Assembly (NCBI RefSeq): GCF_963921235.1
Contig: NC_086097.1
Coordinates: forward strand, 8,370,001-8,434,000
DNA: 64,000 bases
Source: Mobula hypostoma
Lineage: Eukaryota
Direction: 5' to 3'
Positions 25,850-38,761 of the stretch are shown here, in pieces (the first letter of the stretch is position 1; each line of letters opens with the position of its first letter). The notes beneath the pieces were generated by a model. The model did no database searches. It worked only from the letters and a program-made list of their open reading frames with translations, and had not been told where the DNA came from. The position numbers and the translations under genes are program-made.

Positions 25850-27022
25850 CTAGCAGAAGTTAGAGAAGTCAATGTTCATGCCATCAGGTTGGAGGCTACC
25901 CATACGGAATATAAGGTGTTGTTCCTCCAACCTGAGTGTGGCTTCATCTTTACAGTAGAGGAGGCCGTGGATAGACATGTCAGAATGGGAATGGGATGTG
26001 GAATTAAAATGTGTGGCCACTGGGAGATCCTGCTTTCTCTGGCGGACAGAGCGTAGATGTTCAGCAAAGCGGTCTCCCAGTCTGCGTCGGGTCTCACCAA
26101 TATATAAAAGGCCACATCGGGAGCACCGGACGCAGTATATCACCCCAGTCGACTCACAGGTGAAGTGATGCCTCACCTGGAAGGACTGTTTGGGGCCCTG
26201 AATGGTGGTAAGGGAGGAAGTGTAAGGGTATGTGTAGCACTTGTTCCGCTTACACGGATAAGTGCCAGGAGGGAGATCAGTGGGGAGGGATGGGGGGGAC
26301 GAATGGACAAGGGAGTTGTGTAGGGAGCGATCCCTGCGGAATGCAGAGAGAGGGGGGGAGGGAAAGATGTGCTTAGTGGTGGGATCCCGTTGGAGGTGGC
26401 GGAAGTTACGGAGAATAATATGTTGGACCCGGAGGCTGGTGGGGTGGTAGGTGAGGACCAGGGGAACCCTATTCCTAGTGGGGCGGTGGGAGGATGGAGT
26501 GAGAGCAGATGTACGTGAAATGGGGGAGATGCGTTTAAGAGCAGAGTTGATAGTGTAGGAAGGGAAGCCCCTTTCTTTAAAAAATGAAGACATCTCCCTC
26601 GTCCTAGAATGAAAAGCCTCATCCTGAGAGCAGATGCGGCGGAGACGGAGGAATTGCGAGAAGGGGATGGCGTTTTTGCAAGAGACAGGGTGAGAAGAGG
26701 AATAGTCCAGACAGCTGTGAGAGTCAGTAGGCTTATAGTAGACATCAGTGGATAAGCTGTCTCCAGAGACAGAGACAGAAAGATCTAGAAAGGGGAGAGA
26801 GGTGTCGGAAATGGACCAGGTAAACTTGAGGGCAGGGTGAAAGTTGGAGGCAAAGTTAATAAAGTCAACGAGTTCTGCATGCGTGCAGGAAGCAGCACCA
26901 ATGCAGTCGTCGATGTAGCGAAGGAAAAGTGGGGGACAGATACCAGAATAGGCACGGAACATAGATTGTTCCACAAACCCAACAAAAAGGCAGGCATAGC
27001 TAGGACCCATACGGGTGCCCAT
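25850..27022 (-). CDS. Penelope-like element ORF, 5'-truncated: RT C-terminal half plus GIY-YIG endonuclease
   Basis: 390 uninterrupted codons. RT motifs (GVA)MGTRMGP and LRYIDD, thumb VYYKPTD, Cys-rich linker CKRNKCYT, GIY-YIG motif VIYCVRCSRCGLLYIGET. The Cys-rich linker suggests the Neptune group (inference). Confidence 0.93.
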   Translation of the reverse strand: MGTRMGPSYACLFVGFVEQSMFRAYSGICPPLFLRYIDDCIGAASCTHAELVDFINFASNFHPALKFTWSISDTSLPFLDLSVSVSGDSLSTDVYYKPTDSHSCLDYSSSHPVSCKNAIPFSQFLRLRRICSQDEAFHSRTREMSSFFKERGFPSYTINSALKRISPISRTSALTPSSHRPTRNRVPLVLTYHPTSLRVQHIILRNFRHLQRDPTTKHIFPSPPLSAFRRDRSLHNSLVHSSPPSLPTDLPPGTYPCKRNKCYTYPYTSSLTTIQGPKQSFQVRHHFTCESTGVIYCVRCSRCGLLYIGETRRRLGDRFAEHLRSVRQRKQDLPVATHFNSTSHSHSDMSIHGLLYCKDEATLRLEEQHLIFRMGSLQPDGMNIDFSNFC

Positions 27023-28714
27023 AGCTACACCTTTAGTTTGGAGGAAAGGGGAGGAGAAAAAGGAGAAATTATTAAGAGTAAGGACTAATTAATGGGCTGA
27101 AATTCTGGTTGGTCTACAGCTTTGACAAAGGCTATGGGCTTTCTGGGTTGTCAGAAGTCCTTCCTGTTGTTAATGGCCAAGGAGATATTTTCTGCCATTG
27201 CCTTCGGCACCTGGTCATGGTACCAATGGTAGCAACCTTCTCCCAGGGCTTTTGAGCAGCTGCTGAGGGCCCTTCTGCCAGGGCAAAGAGGACATGATGG
27301 TACTGCACTTGCTGGAGAAACTCTAAAGGTCTGGTAGCATCTATGGAAAGGAATAAACAGTTAACACTTGGGCCAAAACTCTCCATCAGGCCCAACCTTC
27401 AACTATTTGTACTTAATTCTTTGTGAGTAAGTACGAACAATTTAAAATTGGAGGGAAAGCAAAAACGGAGAAAAAAGTATTTAAAATCTGAAATCTCCTT
27501 AAAGCGAGAATGTTTTTTGAAAGAATAAACTGTAACAAAGTTATTTTATTCCTATATTGTGTTGTGATACACATATGGAGCAACAGATGGCTGGGATATT
27601 ATTCAGTATACATATAAGGTGCTGACAATTTCAAGATGTTCCAGTGAGACAGGGAGCACCAAGGATTTATATTCAATTATAATATTGTTCCATCTGTTTA
27701 CACCCTAACCCACTTCCTCTTGCTTTTCCACTTCTGTTCATTTTAACTCTATAGAACCACAGAAGCATTCATCATGGAAGCTTTTGGCAAATCACATGCC
27801 AATGTTTAGCTGAGTGGTACGGAAGGCACCAGGTGAAGGACTAATCTGACGATGCAAGTTCGAGTGTCACCCTGGTGATTTAAGTAATACAAATTTTGAA
27901 TTTAAGTGACTAAGAAAATCTGGAATAAAAAAAATTGGTAATGGTTTCAGTGAAACTACTGGAATGTTATAAAAAAGACATCTGGTGTCCTAATGGCCTT
28001 TTGAAAAGCAAATCTGGCATCCTAACACAATCTGGACCATACATTCAAATATCCAAAGATTCAAAGATTCAATTTATTATCAAAGAATGTACAAATGGTA
28101 CAACTTGAGATTTGTGTGCTTGCAGGCAGCCAGAAAGCAGGGACCCCGAAGAACCCAATTAAAACAAAGAAAGACCATAACCACTGTTCAGAGAAAGAGG
28201 GAAAAATGCACACATCATACAAACAATGAAGTAAACAAGAGCATTCCAAACCAGATTAAGTCCTTAGAACATGCTCAGCCCTTGATCTCAGTGCATTATA
28301 TTAATGGGGCAAAAACACCATGAAGCTCTCAGGGATGACAGCCGCCGGAGAGCGGAATGAACATCGCATGAGACCAAGCTAAATCAACCCGACCCTCACC
28401 TCCGGTTCCGACACTCAGGCTTTCCAGTCTATCTGGACCAGCATATAAACTGTCCAATTTTATGATTTCAAATGTGCCACTGTGGTTTTGTCCACCAGCT
28501 CTTAGAAAGACCATGTCTGAGCATGAGATGTGGGTGAGTGGAGATGGAATGGACACTAAGCTCTGACTTTTCTAGAGAGGTCATCATTTCATGAACAAGT
28601 TAATTAAAAAAATATATATAATGTATATAGCCTGGTTAACCAGCTGTCTTGCTCTTTAACTCAGAGAGCTGATGTAAGGACTTAATCTGGTTTGGAATGC
28701 TCTTGTTTACTTCT

Positions 28715-29559
28715 ATTGTCAGAGGTTACAGCAGGACATCAATACGATGCAAAACTGGGCTGAGAAGTGGCAGATAGAGTCCAACTCAGATAGGTTCATT
28801 TTGGTTGGTCAAATATGATGGGAGAATACAGTATTAATGGTAAAACTCTTGGCAGTGTGGAGGATCAGAGGGATCTTGGGGTCCGAATCCATGGGACACT
28901 CAAAGCTGCTGTGCAGGTTGACTCTGTGGTTAAGAAGACGTACAGTGTATTGGCCTTCATCAACCGTGGGATTGAGTTTAAGAGCCAAGAGGTAATGTTA
29001 CAGCTATATAGGATCCTGGTCAGACCCCACTTGGAGTACTGTGCTCAGTTCTGGTCACCTCAATACAGGAGGGATGTGGAAACTATAGAAAGCGTGCAGA
29101 AGAGACTTACAAGGATGTTGCCTTATGAGAATAGATTGAGTGAACTCGGCCTTTTCTCCTTGGAGGGGCAGAGAATGAGACACCTCTGATAGAGGTGTAT
29201 AAGATGTGGAGAAGTATTGATCGTGTGGATAGTCAGTGGCTTTTTCCCAGGACTGAAATGGCTAACACAAGAGGGCACAGTTTTAAGGTGCTTGGAAATA
29301 GGTACAGAGGAGATATCAGGGGTAAGTTTTTTTATGCAGAGAGTGGTGAATGCATGGAATAGGCTACCGGCAACAGTGGTGGAGGCAGATACGATAGGAT
29401 CTTTTAAGAGACTCCTGGACAGGTACATGGAGCTTAGAAAAATAGAGGGCTATGGGTAACTCTAGGAAATTTCTAAGGTAAGGACATGTTCGGCACAGCT
29501 TTGCGAGCTGAACGGCCTGTATTGTGCTGTAGGTTTTCTATGCTTCTATGTTTCTATGT
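28715..29559 (+). mobile_element. CR1 3' fragment
   Basis: LVRPHLEYCAQFWSP; same tail as 9678-10413. Confidence 0.9.
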
Positions 29560-29639
29560 AACCCTGACAATGCCAACTGGAGATCTAATGCTTATTTTAT
29601 GCTGATAAAAAATGATTTGCAATGTCCATATTGTGATTT

Positions 29640-29972
29640 CCGCATCCAAGCAGCTACATTGAGGGTACAATTTAAAGAGACTATCAAGTGAAGAAGTATT
29701 ATGAGAAGCTGGAATAAGAAGAGTTCTGATATCATCAATCAGGAAACAGCATGTAGAATTTCTGGGACATGTACTGAGGAAAAAAAAGCTCGAACATCTT
29801 GCAGTGATGGGAAAAATTGATGGAAGAAAAGCTCATGATATTCATGAGTTAAATCAAGGGATGGACAGGCAAAAGATCTGAAGAACTTATTAGAACTTCT
29901 CAGATTAAAGACAAATGGAAGACCATGATCGCTCACGTAATATGACATGGCACAATACGATGATGATGATGA
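29640..29972 (+). mobile_element. RTE LINE 3' end
   Basis: LGHVLRKKKLEHLAVMGKIDGRK (RTE C-terminus type); 3' end gaccatgatcgctcacg..ggcac-(GAT)n. Confidence 0.7.
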
Positions 29973-30996
29973 GCAGGTGAATGCTGAAAGGCTCTCTCCT
30001 CTGATTGGAGCATCTGGAACTGGTTCAAAGTTCATTTATTATCAAAGTATGTATACATTATACAACCTTGATATTTGTCTCCTTACAGGCTGTCACAAAA
30101 CAAGAAGCCCAAAAGAACCCATTGAAAAACAAACCGACATGCACCCAAAATGCAGAGAGAAAAAAAATATCATGCAAACATTAGAAGTAAGCAAATAGCA
30201 TTTAAAATTAAAGTGAGTCCTCAAACACAAAGCCAGAGCCTCAGCTTTAGTTCACCACACAGCAGAGTAAACACTATGGGACAGTCTGAGGACAAGTTAC
30301 GACTGTGAGTGGAGAGAAATATCTTTTTGCTAAAGGAGGAGAAGCTTTCAAATTCTCATTTCCAAGAAGTTACCAATGCTCAATCAAAGTGCAAGGTCAA
30401 CTCAGAAATCTATTTATTCATTAGTGGAATCGGGAGACATGGGATTGGGGAGGAAAGTTCAGAATCAGCAATTATTTTATTCAAAGATGAACCAGTCCAT
30501 GGCCTACTCCCACTTTTATTTGTAAAGTACTTCTAATGTGTTAAGAAGGATGAGCACCAGGGGGAGATTTCATGTCTTTTACTTGCTGTGGAGACAGGAC
30601 AGGAGGCAAATCTGCCTACCTCTGGCTTCAGGTTAATACTGTTACCTCAACTTTCCTGAGACTCACTCACAAAAGTCAAGAGGCTACTTGGGCCAAAGCA
30701 CTGGCACAGATCAACTGTATCCACATACTGAGGTGAGGTGAGGCGAGAAAGTTTCAGCAGTCCTGATATTAGGGCCTCACTGATGCAGGGATAACCACCA
30801 GCGCCAGGTTTAATATCACTGGCATATGTTGTGAAATCTGCTTTGCTGCAGCAGTACACTGCAATACATAATAAGAAAAACTATAAATTACAATAAAAAG
30901 TAAAAATTAAAAATTAGATTAAATAAGTACGCTCAGACCCCACTTACTGCTGAGGATACATTCCTCGGAGGTGGAAAGCTATGTAAGTCAGTACTA

Positions 30997-31199
30997 GAAC
31001 AAGGGGAATTCTGCAGATGCTGGAAATTCAAGCAACACACATCAAAGTTGCTGGTGAACGCAGCAGGCCAGGCAGCATCTCTAGGAAGAGGTACAGTCGA
31101 CGTTTCGGGCCAAGACCCTTTGTCCTGATGAAGGGTCTTGGCCCGAAACGTCGACTGTACCTCTTCCTAGAGATGCTGCCTGGCCTGCTGCATTCACTG
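30997..31199. mobile_element. Palindromic mini Penelope element (two inverted pLTR arms)
   Basis: Arms at about 31050-31120 and 31131-31199 are reverse complements. TSD GTAA(G/A)TCAGTACTA (30983-30996, 31200-31213). Confidence 0.88.
31122..31156 (+). ncRNA. Minimal hammerhead ribozyme at the centre of the palindromic mini element
   Basis: gtc-ctgatga-agggtcttggccc-gaaa-c-gtc-gact. Confidence 0.7.
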
Positions 31200-34100
31200 G
31201 TAAATCAGTACTATGCAGGGTCATTTTAACATTACGTCAGTGGACATGTGTGCATGATAATAACATATATTATTTTATGTATACAGTATACAGTAATTCG
31301 TGGAGTAGCAAACACGCAAACAGGCCCAATTTGTACCTCAGTGGAACAGCAACACATCACAGCAGTAGTGGAGGGAAGCAGGTGGAGGTTACATCTCAGA
31401 GAAGGGACCAGGCTGTAGGTCCTCCTCTAACTTTGGCTTCGTCTTCAAGTAGGCATCGAGATTTGACTGCCTTTTCTTACATTTCTGCTCATAAAGCACT
31501 TCTTGGTAGCAGGAAATCATGCTGAGAACACCTCTCTTTGCTTTATTGCTTCACTCCCAGTCAGGGTCAGTATCGATGAACTGGTCCATGATTTGTGTGA
31601 TGAGGAATTTTGTGGTGAGGTTTCTTGCTGGTATTTCCTTTTCTCCGCCCATGCCCTCAGAGTCACCCAGGATACACTGCTCTACCAATCTCAAGGCTCT
31701 TCATAATTAAGGCTCTCGCCATGAGAATGCAGTAGCTCTTCAGCATCGTCATCATTAACATCCTCTAGTTCCACTTCACTGGCCAGTTCAACAATATTTT
31801 GGATGACTGCATCTGCCTGGATGTCAATGCATGCTTCTGGCCATAGCTTCTTCCACACTCCATTCATGTAGTCTGAAGTTACTGCATCCCAGGCTGCTCT
31901 GATATCATCTACGGATTTCATGACATTGTAGCTTTTCCAAAATTGCCTGATGGGTTGTTTGTCTTCACCTTTTGTTTCCTCTACAAGTTGCTTGAATGTC
32001 CAACGAAGGTAGTAGGCTTAAAAATTTGATATTATCCCTTGATCTATTGGTTAGAGTAATGAAGTGGAGTTGGGTAGAAGGTAAACCACTTCTACAGGAA
32101 TGCAGGTCAAAAGCGTGTCAAGATTTTCCGGGTGGCCTGGGGCATTATCAAGCACCAATAATGCTTTAGGTTCAAGGCAACACTCTTCACAAAACTACTT
32201 CACTGCTGGACAAAAATGTGAAACAAACACATTTTGGAAAACATCAATCTTCACCCAGGCTTTCTTGTTTGATTTCCAAATCACTGGTAGACTTTATTTT
32301 AAAATGTCTTTCATTGCTCATTGTTTCAGAGTGATACACAATCATGGGCTTTAACTTAAAGTCACCTTTAGTATTGCCTCCTAGCAAGACAGTTAACTAG
32401 TCCTTTGAAGCCTTGTCACTAGATGCACATTTCTCTTCTTGGGAGATGAAAATACGAGAAGACGTTCTTTTCCAAAGTAGTCCTGTTTCATCCACATTGA
32501 AAACAAGCTTAGGAGGATAATTGTCCTTTTCTATTATGGCCCTCAGTGTTGCAGGAAAATCCTGAGCTGCCTTGCTGTCTGCAACTAGCTAGTTCACTGG
32601 AGATACGTATGCTATGGAGGTTCCTGCACTGTTTAAATCTACCAAACCAAACTCTGCAGATTGTGAATGTTACCGACATATCTTCTTCTTCTTGAATATG
32701 ATTGGAGATGCTTCTTGCCTTCTCTGTCATTATCAGCTGACTTAGGGCACTTTTCATTGCGTTTAATCATCCACCCATATATTTAGTCTATTTTCTATTT
32801 TTTCAAGAAAATGGTCCCTTGAAAGAGTTACCTTCGTTGATGATAATTTTGATGTTGCCACAGCAGAAGATTTTATCTTGTCTGCATTTTTTATAATTAT
32901 TCTGATTGTTGATGTAGCCAATTTCAGAGGTGCCAACATCAGTCTGATGCTCACCAGCTTCCAAATGCTTTATCGCTTGCAGTTTCACATCCATGCTAAT
33001 GCTTTCATAAACACCTTCGATGTACTACCCTCACTGGAAGTTGCAGGCTTCTTTCCAGATATTATCGGTGAAAAAAATGGAATAAATTGAGGAGGGAGCA
33101 AGAACATTTATTCACATGGGGCAGGCAGATTACGACCTAATAAGTGATTGGCTGTGAGTGGCTCAGAGTGCAGGTAAAACACTCTCATTGGCTGATTGAA
33201 TGTTTACTGTAAAGGCGGCCGCTCTCGAAAAGTTTTACATGTTTAGAATGAGTTTTTGTATTTTTTAAAAATTTCAATAAAGAATTGAAGAACCACATTG
33301 TGACAAATCAGCACTATGTGGGGTAATGCAAAAAGGGGGCAAAAAACAGTGAGGTAGTGTATATTTGTGGGTTCATTATCCATTCAGAAACGTGATGGCG
33401 GATGGGAAAAAGCTGTACTAAAACACCAAGTGTGTGCCTTCACGCTCCTATACCGTCATTTGATGGTAGCAATGAGAAGAGCGCATGTCCTGATAAGGTC
33501 CTCCATGATGGATGCCACCTTTCTGGGGCATCAACTTTTGAAGATGTCCCGGATGCTGAGAATGCTGAGGATGGAGCTGTCTGAGTTTACAACAGCCTGC
33601 AACAATTTTTAAAATTATTTGTTTGCATGAATTGGCCATCACTGGCAGGGCTGGCATATATTAGCTATCTTGAAGTGACTTTGAGAAGATGTTAGGTGAG
33701 CCGTCATCAGCACAACAGATTTACTTACAAGGCTATTTCAGAGATAACTGCATTACTATGCATTAGGAGTTACACATAGACCATCATCATTAAGGCAAAA
33801 TCCTCACCCTTGAGGCCATTAGTGAACCAAATATATTTTTACTAACATACCAATTTCCTATGCAGAGATTTGCCTTTTCATTGCAGGCATATCAAGTTAA
33901 CTTAATTTATATCTCTCTACTCCCATGCCGGACTTGAAATTGTATTTCCCCAGGCACCTGGATTGTCAACAGCACATGTACCATGCTGCTGTACCCAATT
34001 ATTCCTCTTTAGTGTACCCAAACAAATCAAAACCCACTAACAAAATTCTCTAATGAGTCTCCTTCTCTGCTCTAATAAAGAGAATTCTGCTAAGGAAGGT

Positions 34101-34499
34101 CTCTCCTCATAAATAAATCTTGTATTTGCTACCTTGCAGTAAATATACATACATTGAGCACTCTGTGGTTTTAATATCTTTCCCTTGTGGGATGGATAAG
34201 CTGACAAGGCATGGTAACAGTGGTCCAATGGCTTCCTCAGCCTTAAACTCTATGACCCTTATCTTAAGACTCTGTGAACCACATATAAAACCCACTGTAC
34301 TTATCATGCTATTTCTCCCCATAGCTAATTTCTTCATGTGCTCCTACGCCAACCATGAGACATAAGAGAAGAATACCATAACCATCATGTGCCATGTCAT
34401 ATGATGTGGGTGATCATGGTTTTGACTTGAGTGTGCCTGGCAAATTTTTCTACAGAAGTGGTCTGAAAATCTAAAACTATTGCCAATGCTGGAAAGCTC

Positions 34500-35515
34500 A
34501 AGTTCAAATTTGCAAAGTAAATTTTATTATCAAAGTTCATATATGTCACCATATACAATACTGGAATTCATTCACCTGCAGGCCTACTCAATACATCTAT
34601 AGAATAGTAACTATAATAGGATCAATGAAGGATCAACCAGACTGCAGAAGACAACAAACTGTGTAAATACAAATATGAATAAATAGCAATAAATAATGAG
34701 AACATGAGATAATAAGTTAAAGAGTCCAAAAAGTGAAATCATTGGTTGTGGGAACATTTCAATGGATGGTCAAGTGAGTGCAGTTATCCCATTTCATTCA
34801 AGAGCCTGGTAGTTGAGGGGCAGTGACTGTTCTTGAACCTTGTGATGCGAGTCCTGAGGCTCTTGTACCTTCTACCTGATGGCAGCAACAAGAAGAGAGC
34901 ATGACCAAGATGGTGAGGATTTCTGATGACAGATGCTGCTTTCTTACAACAGCGTTTCATGTATATGTGGTCCATTATGGGAGAGAGCTACCCGTGATGA
35001 ACTGAGCTAAATCCATTAGCTTTTATAAGAATTTCCGTTCAAAGGCATTTTTGTTTCCATACCAGGCTATGATGCAGTCAGTCAATACACCCTCTGCCAC
35101 ACATCTATAGAAATTTGTCGAAGTTTTAGATGTCTTGCTGAATTGTCACAGGCTTCTAAGGAAGTAGGAGAGTTGCTGTGCTTTCTTCATATTACTTGTC
35201 CAGTACAAATCCTCTGAAATAATAGTATCCTGGAATTTAAAGTTGCTAACAGTCTCTTCGTCTGATCCTCTGATCCTCCAATGAGGACTGGCTCATGGAT
35301 CTCTGGTCTCCCTCTCTTGAATTCTACAATCAGTTCCTTGAACTTGCTGACATTGAGTGAGAGGTTATTGTTATGACACCACTCAGCCAAATTTTCAATC
35401 TCCCTCCTATATGCTAATTCATCACCTCCTTTGACACAGCCCACAACAGTAGTGTGTGTCATCAGCAAACTTGAATATGGCTTTGGTGCTGTGCTTAACC
35501 ACACAGTCAAAGATA
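34500..35515 (-). mobile_element. Rex1/Babar 3' fragment
   Basis: KFADD region through LLPSGRRY to a ttgaac-type tail. Confidence 0.85.
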
Positions 35516-35535
35516 GAATCATACCAGAAAACAAG

Positions 35536-36258
35536 GTAATTACATAGAAAGCACAGTATTGCCACTACTTTCTTAGTAGTTTGCGAAGATTCAGCATGTC
35601 ATCTAAAACTTTGACAAACTTCTACGGTTCTGTGCGTACACTGACTGGTGGCATCATGGTTTGGTATGGAAAACCAATTCCATTGAATGGAAGATACTAC
35701 AAAATGTAGTGGATGTAGCTGAGTGCATCACGGATAAAGTCCTCCCCACCATTGAGCACATCTACAAGGAACACGATTGCAGCAAAGCAGCATCCATCAT
35801 CAAGGACTCCCACCATTCAGGCCAAGCTCACCTCTCACTGATGCCATCAGCAAGAAGGTACAGGATTCCCAGGACCTGCACTACCAGGTTTAGAACAGTA
35901 ATTATCCCTAAACCATCAGGCTCTGGAACCAGAAAGGATAACTTCACTCACCCCAAAACTGAACTATTCCCACAAACTATGGACTCACTTTCAAGCTCTC
36001 TTCATTTCATTTTCTCTATACTAATTGCTAATATATTTATCATTATTATTATTATTATTTCTTCTTTTCCTGCATTTTGTATTTGCACAGTTTGTTGTCT
36101 TTTGCAAACTGTTTGTCTGCCCTGTTGGTACGGTCTTTCATTGATTCTATTATGGTTATAGGATTTATTGAGTATGCCCACAAGAAAATGAATCGCAAGG
36201 GTGTATATGGTGACATCTACTCTATGTTCTTTCATAATAAATTTACTTTGAACTTTGA
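35536..36258 (+). mobile_element. Rex1/Babar 3' fragment
   Basis: KAASIIKDSHH..; tail actttgaactttga. Confidence 0.85.
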
Positions 36259-36364
36259 GACTTGTACACGAAAATTCCAGGAAAGCAGCAGTTTCTAAGA
36301 TACTCAAAACACTCCGTCTGGTACCAGCATTTATTCCACAATAGCTTAAGTGACTATTGTGAAT

Positions 36365-38761
36365 TGTTTCTATGTAGATGTGCTCCATAGTGAACAAGGC
36401 TTTATCTGTGATAGACTGGGCTGTATCCACTACTTTTTGTTGAGTTTTCTGTTCAAGAACATTGGTATTTTCATACCAGGCCATGATGCAGCCTGTCAAT
36501 ATATTCCCCACCACCCAACTATAGAAGTTTGTCAAAATTTTACATGTCATGCTGAATCTTTGTGTAAGGGGTTTCTTCTTTTATGTTACTGCATAGTCTA
36601 ATTAAAATGGCTTCTTTGTTATGTTAACTGCTGAGAAAGTCCTCCCGCTAGTAGTTTGTTTGGATCATGTTACTGATAAGAGGTGAACAAACCAATTGGG
36701 ATAGATGTTATTCTTTCTGTGTGTCTGTAAGTAATGTGATGCGTTGGGTTTTGGGGTAGAAGGCGGGAGAGAGAGACAGAGGATGGATCAGGTGCTGTGA
36801 GTCCGCTAGCGGGGTCGGACCCTGAGCAGAAGTCCGAGGTCACAGGGTGTTCGGCGAGGAGAGGAGACGGAGACAGACTCGTGTGGAGCGTCTGGTCGAC
36901 CACCATTGTTGGTCCCAGGCGGCAGGTCGAGGTGGTCCGAGGGGACCGCAGAGTGAAGAAGGAGGGTCCTGAGCTCCAACTGTTTGTGCATGAGGAGATT
37001 GAACTGTGATAAGTGTGGTGCCTTTTATTTTCCTTTTAAATTTTATTCTCTATTAATTATATAGTTCCAGTAATATCTATAAACTGTAAATCATTTAATC
37101 GTATTTCGTGTATTGTCTGTTATTTGGGCGGGGTGGGGTACATCACACAGCATCCACACAAACTATTACCCAGTTTGGCGGGGCCGAGGGCAGCTTCCCT
37201 AGACGACAGCGAGCTGAGCGACCCTGAGGCTGGCCAAGGGGACTACATTTGCAAAATTCTAGGGAAGTAGAATTGGTGCTGTGCTTTCTTCCTCTGAAAT
37301 GATAACACTAAGGAATTTGAAATTGCTGAACCTCTCCACTTCTGATTCCCCAATGAGGACTGGCTCATAAACATCCAGTTTCCTCTTCCTGAAGGTAATA
37401 TTCGGTTCCTTGGTCTTGCTGACATTGAGTAAAATACTGTTGTTATAGCACAACTCAGCCAAATTTTCAATTTCTCTATCCTATATGTTGATTCATCACC
37501 ATCTTTGATTCAGCCTATGACAGTTTTGTTATCAGCAAACTTAAGGATGTTATTGGAGCTGTGCATAGCTACACAGTCATAAGTGTAAAGCAAATAGATC
37601 AGGGGGCTAAGCACACAGTCTTGTGGTGCACCTGTGCTGATGGAGATTGTGGAGAAGATGTGGTTACCAATCTGAACTGATTGGGGGCTGCAGGTGAGGA
37701 AGTCAAGAATTCAATTACTCAAGGAGGAGTAAAGATTAAAGATTATAGATTAGTTTTGAGGGGATAATAGTATTGAATGTGGAGCTCTAGTCGACAGAGT
37801 GCATCCTGATGTATGCACCTTTGCTGTTCAAATGTTCCAGGATTGAGCGAAGACCCATTGGAATAGCATCTGCTGTGGATCTGTTGTGCTGGAAGGTAAA
37901 TTGTAGCGGATCCAAGTCACTTCTCAGGCAGATAGATTTCATCACTAACCTCTCAAAACACTTCAACTTTATGAATGTAAGTGCGACTGCACGATAGTAA
38001 TTGAGACAGGTTTCCACATTCTTCTTAGGCACCAGTATAATTAAAGCCTGCTTGAAGCTGATGGGTACCTCAGAATGCTGAACCAAGAGGTTAAAGATCT
38101 TAGTGAAAACTTTGGCTACTTGGACAGCACAGTTCTTTAGTGCTTGGCCAAGTACCATATCTGGGCTGGACGCTTTCTGTGGGTTCACCCACATCTTCAG
38201 CATCGGAGACTGAAATCACATGGTCATTGGGGCTGTGGGAGTTTATGATGGTTTCTCCATTTTTGTGGTGGTCAAAGCGAGCAGAAAAGGCATTGAGCTC
38301 ATTTGGACCTGTGCCACTGGTTTCACTTTGTAGGAGCTGATAGCATTCAAGGCCTGCCACAGCTGTTGAGCATCCTTCAGTGGTTCAAGTTTCGTCCAGA
38401 GTTGCCACTTTACCCATAAGATGACCTCCTAGAGATCGTACCTGGACTTCTTATAAATTTCTTGGTTGATGACCACTTAACTGGCTCTCAGCAAAATGTA
38501 GATCCCGTGTTTCATCCAGGGCTTTTAGCTGGGGAAGATGCTGAATAATTTTGTGGGGCGACTGGTTTAATAAACTCTGTGGCAACTGTCGTGCATTTAC
38601 TCAGATCCACAGATGAGTCCTTGAGCATGAATCAATTTGTACCCATTCCTCTGCCTCCTGCCGCCAGCTCTTTATTGTCCTTGCTCTTTAGCCTCTGCCT
38701 GTATGCAGGTAGGAGAAGGACAGCCATGCGATCAGATTTCCTAAAGTACAGTCTGGGCATG
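36365..38761 (-). mobile_element. Rex1/Babar LINE RT region, degraded, split by a solo LTR
   Basis: KASSPD..LKNCA..VPKK..YRAVALT..KCFERLV..LDPLQF. Confidence 0.88.
36563..37247 (+). mobile_element. Solo LTR (Gypsy-like, 4-bp TSD)
   Basis: TG...CA termini; TSD TTTG (36559-36562, 37248-37251). Removing it restores Rex1 gctgaatctttgcaaa, as seen near 48322. CpG-rich, so young. Strand assumed. Confidence 0.85.

Larger units (their letters stand above)
25459..27092 (-). mobile_element. Young 5'-truncated Penelope-like retroelement with pLTR/hammerhead 3' end
   Basis: Contains ORF 25850-27022. Flanked by perfect 14-bp TSD TGGGCTGAAATTCT (25445-25458 and 27093-27106). Confidence 0.93.
24185..27300 (-). 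mobile_element. HERO-like (RLE-type, R2-group) LINE 3' part, split into three pieces
   Basis: Minus-strand translation: CPLCPG..LSSCSKALGEGCYHWYHDQV (27093-27300), DWLFKHDLSKQVNLPDVI (25362-25458), SLRTDVVI..LTVPWEE..KHQELVEQC..GW..PIEVGCRGF (24282-24686). This is a zinc knuckle plus PD-(D/E)xK-like endonuclease in collinear order. Confidence 0.8.
30930..33323 (-). mobile_element. Tigger/pogo DNA transposon with pseudogenised transposase
   Basis: Minus-strand fragments MDVKLQAIKHLEAGE.., TSTIRIIIKNADKIK, FNVDETGL.WK, LLVLDNAPGHP, P(I)DQGII with stops and frameshifts. Imperfect TIR ccccacttactgctga (30938-30953) vs tcagcactatgtgggg (33308-33323). Inserted at TA in a Rex1 3' end. Confidence 0.85.

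Noticed and set aside
31691..32994. Domesticated TIGD-type gene
   Set aside because: Multiple stops and frameshifts with retained TIRs indicate a dead transposon.
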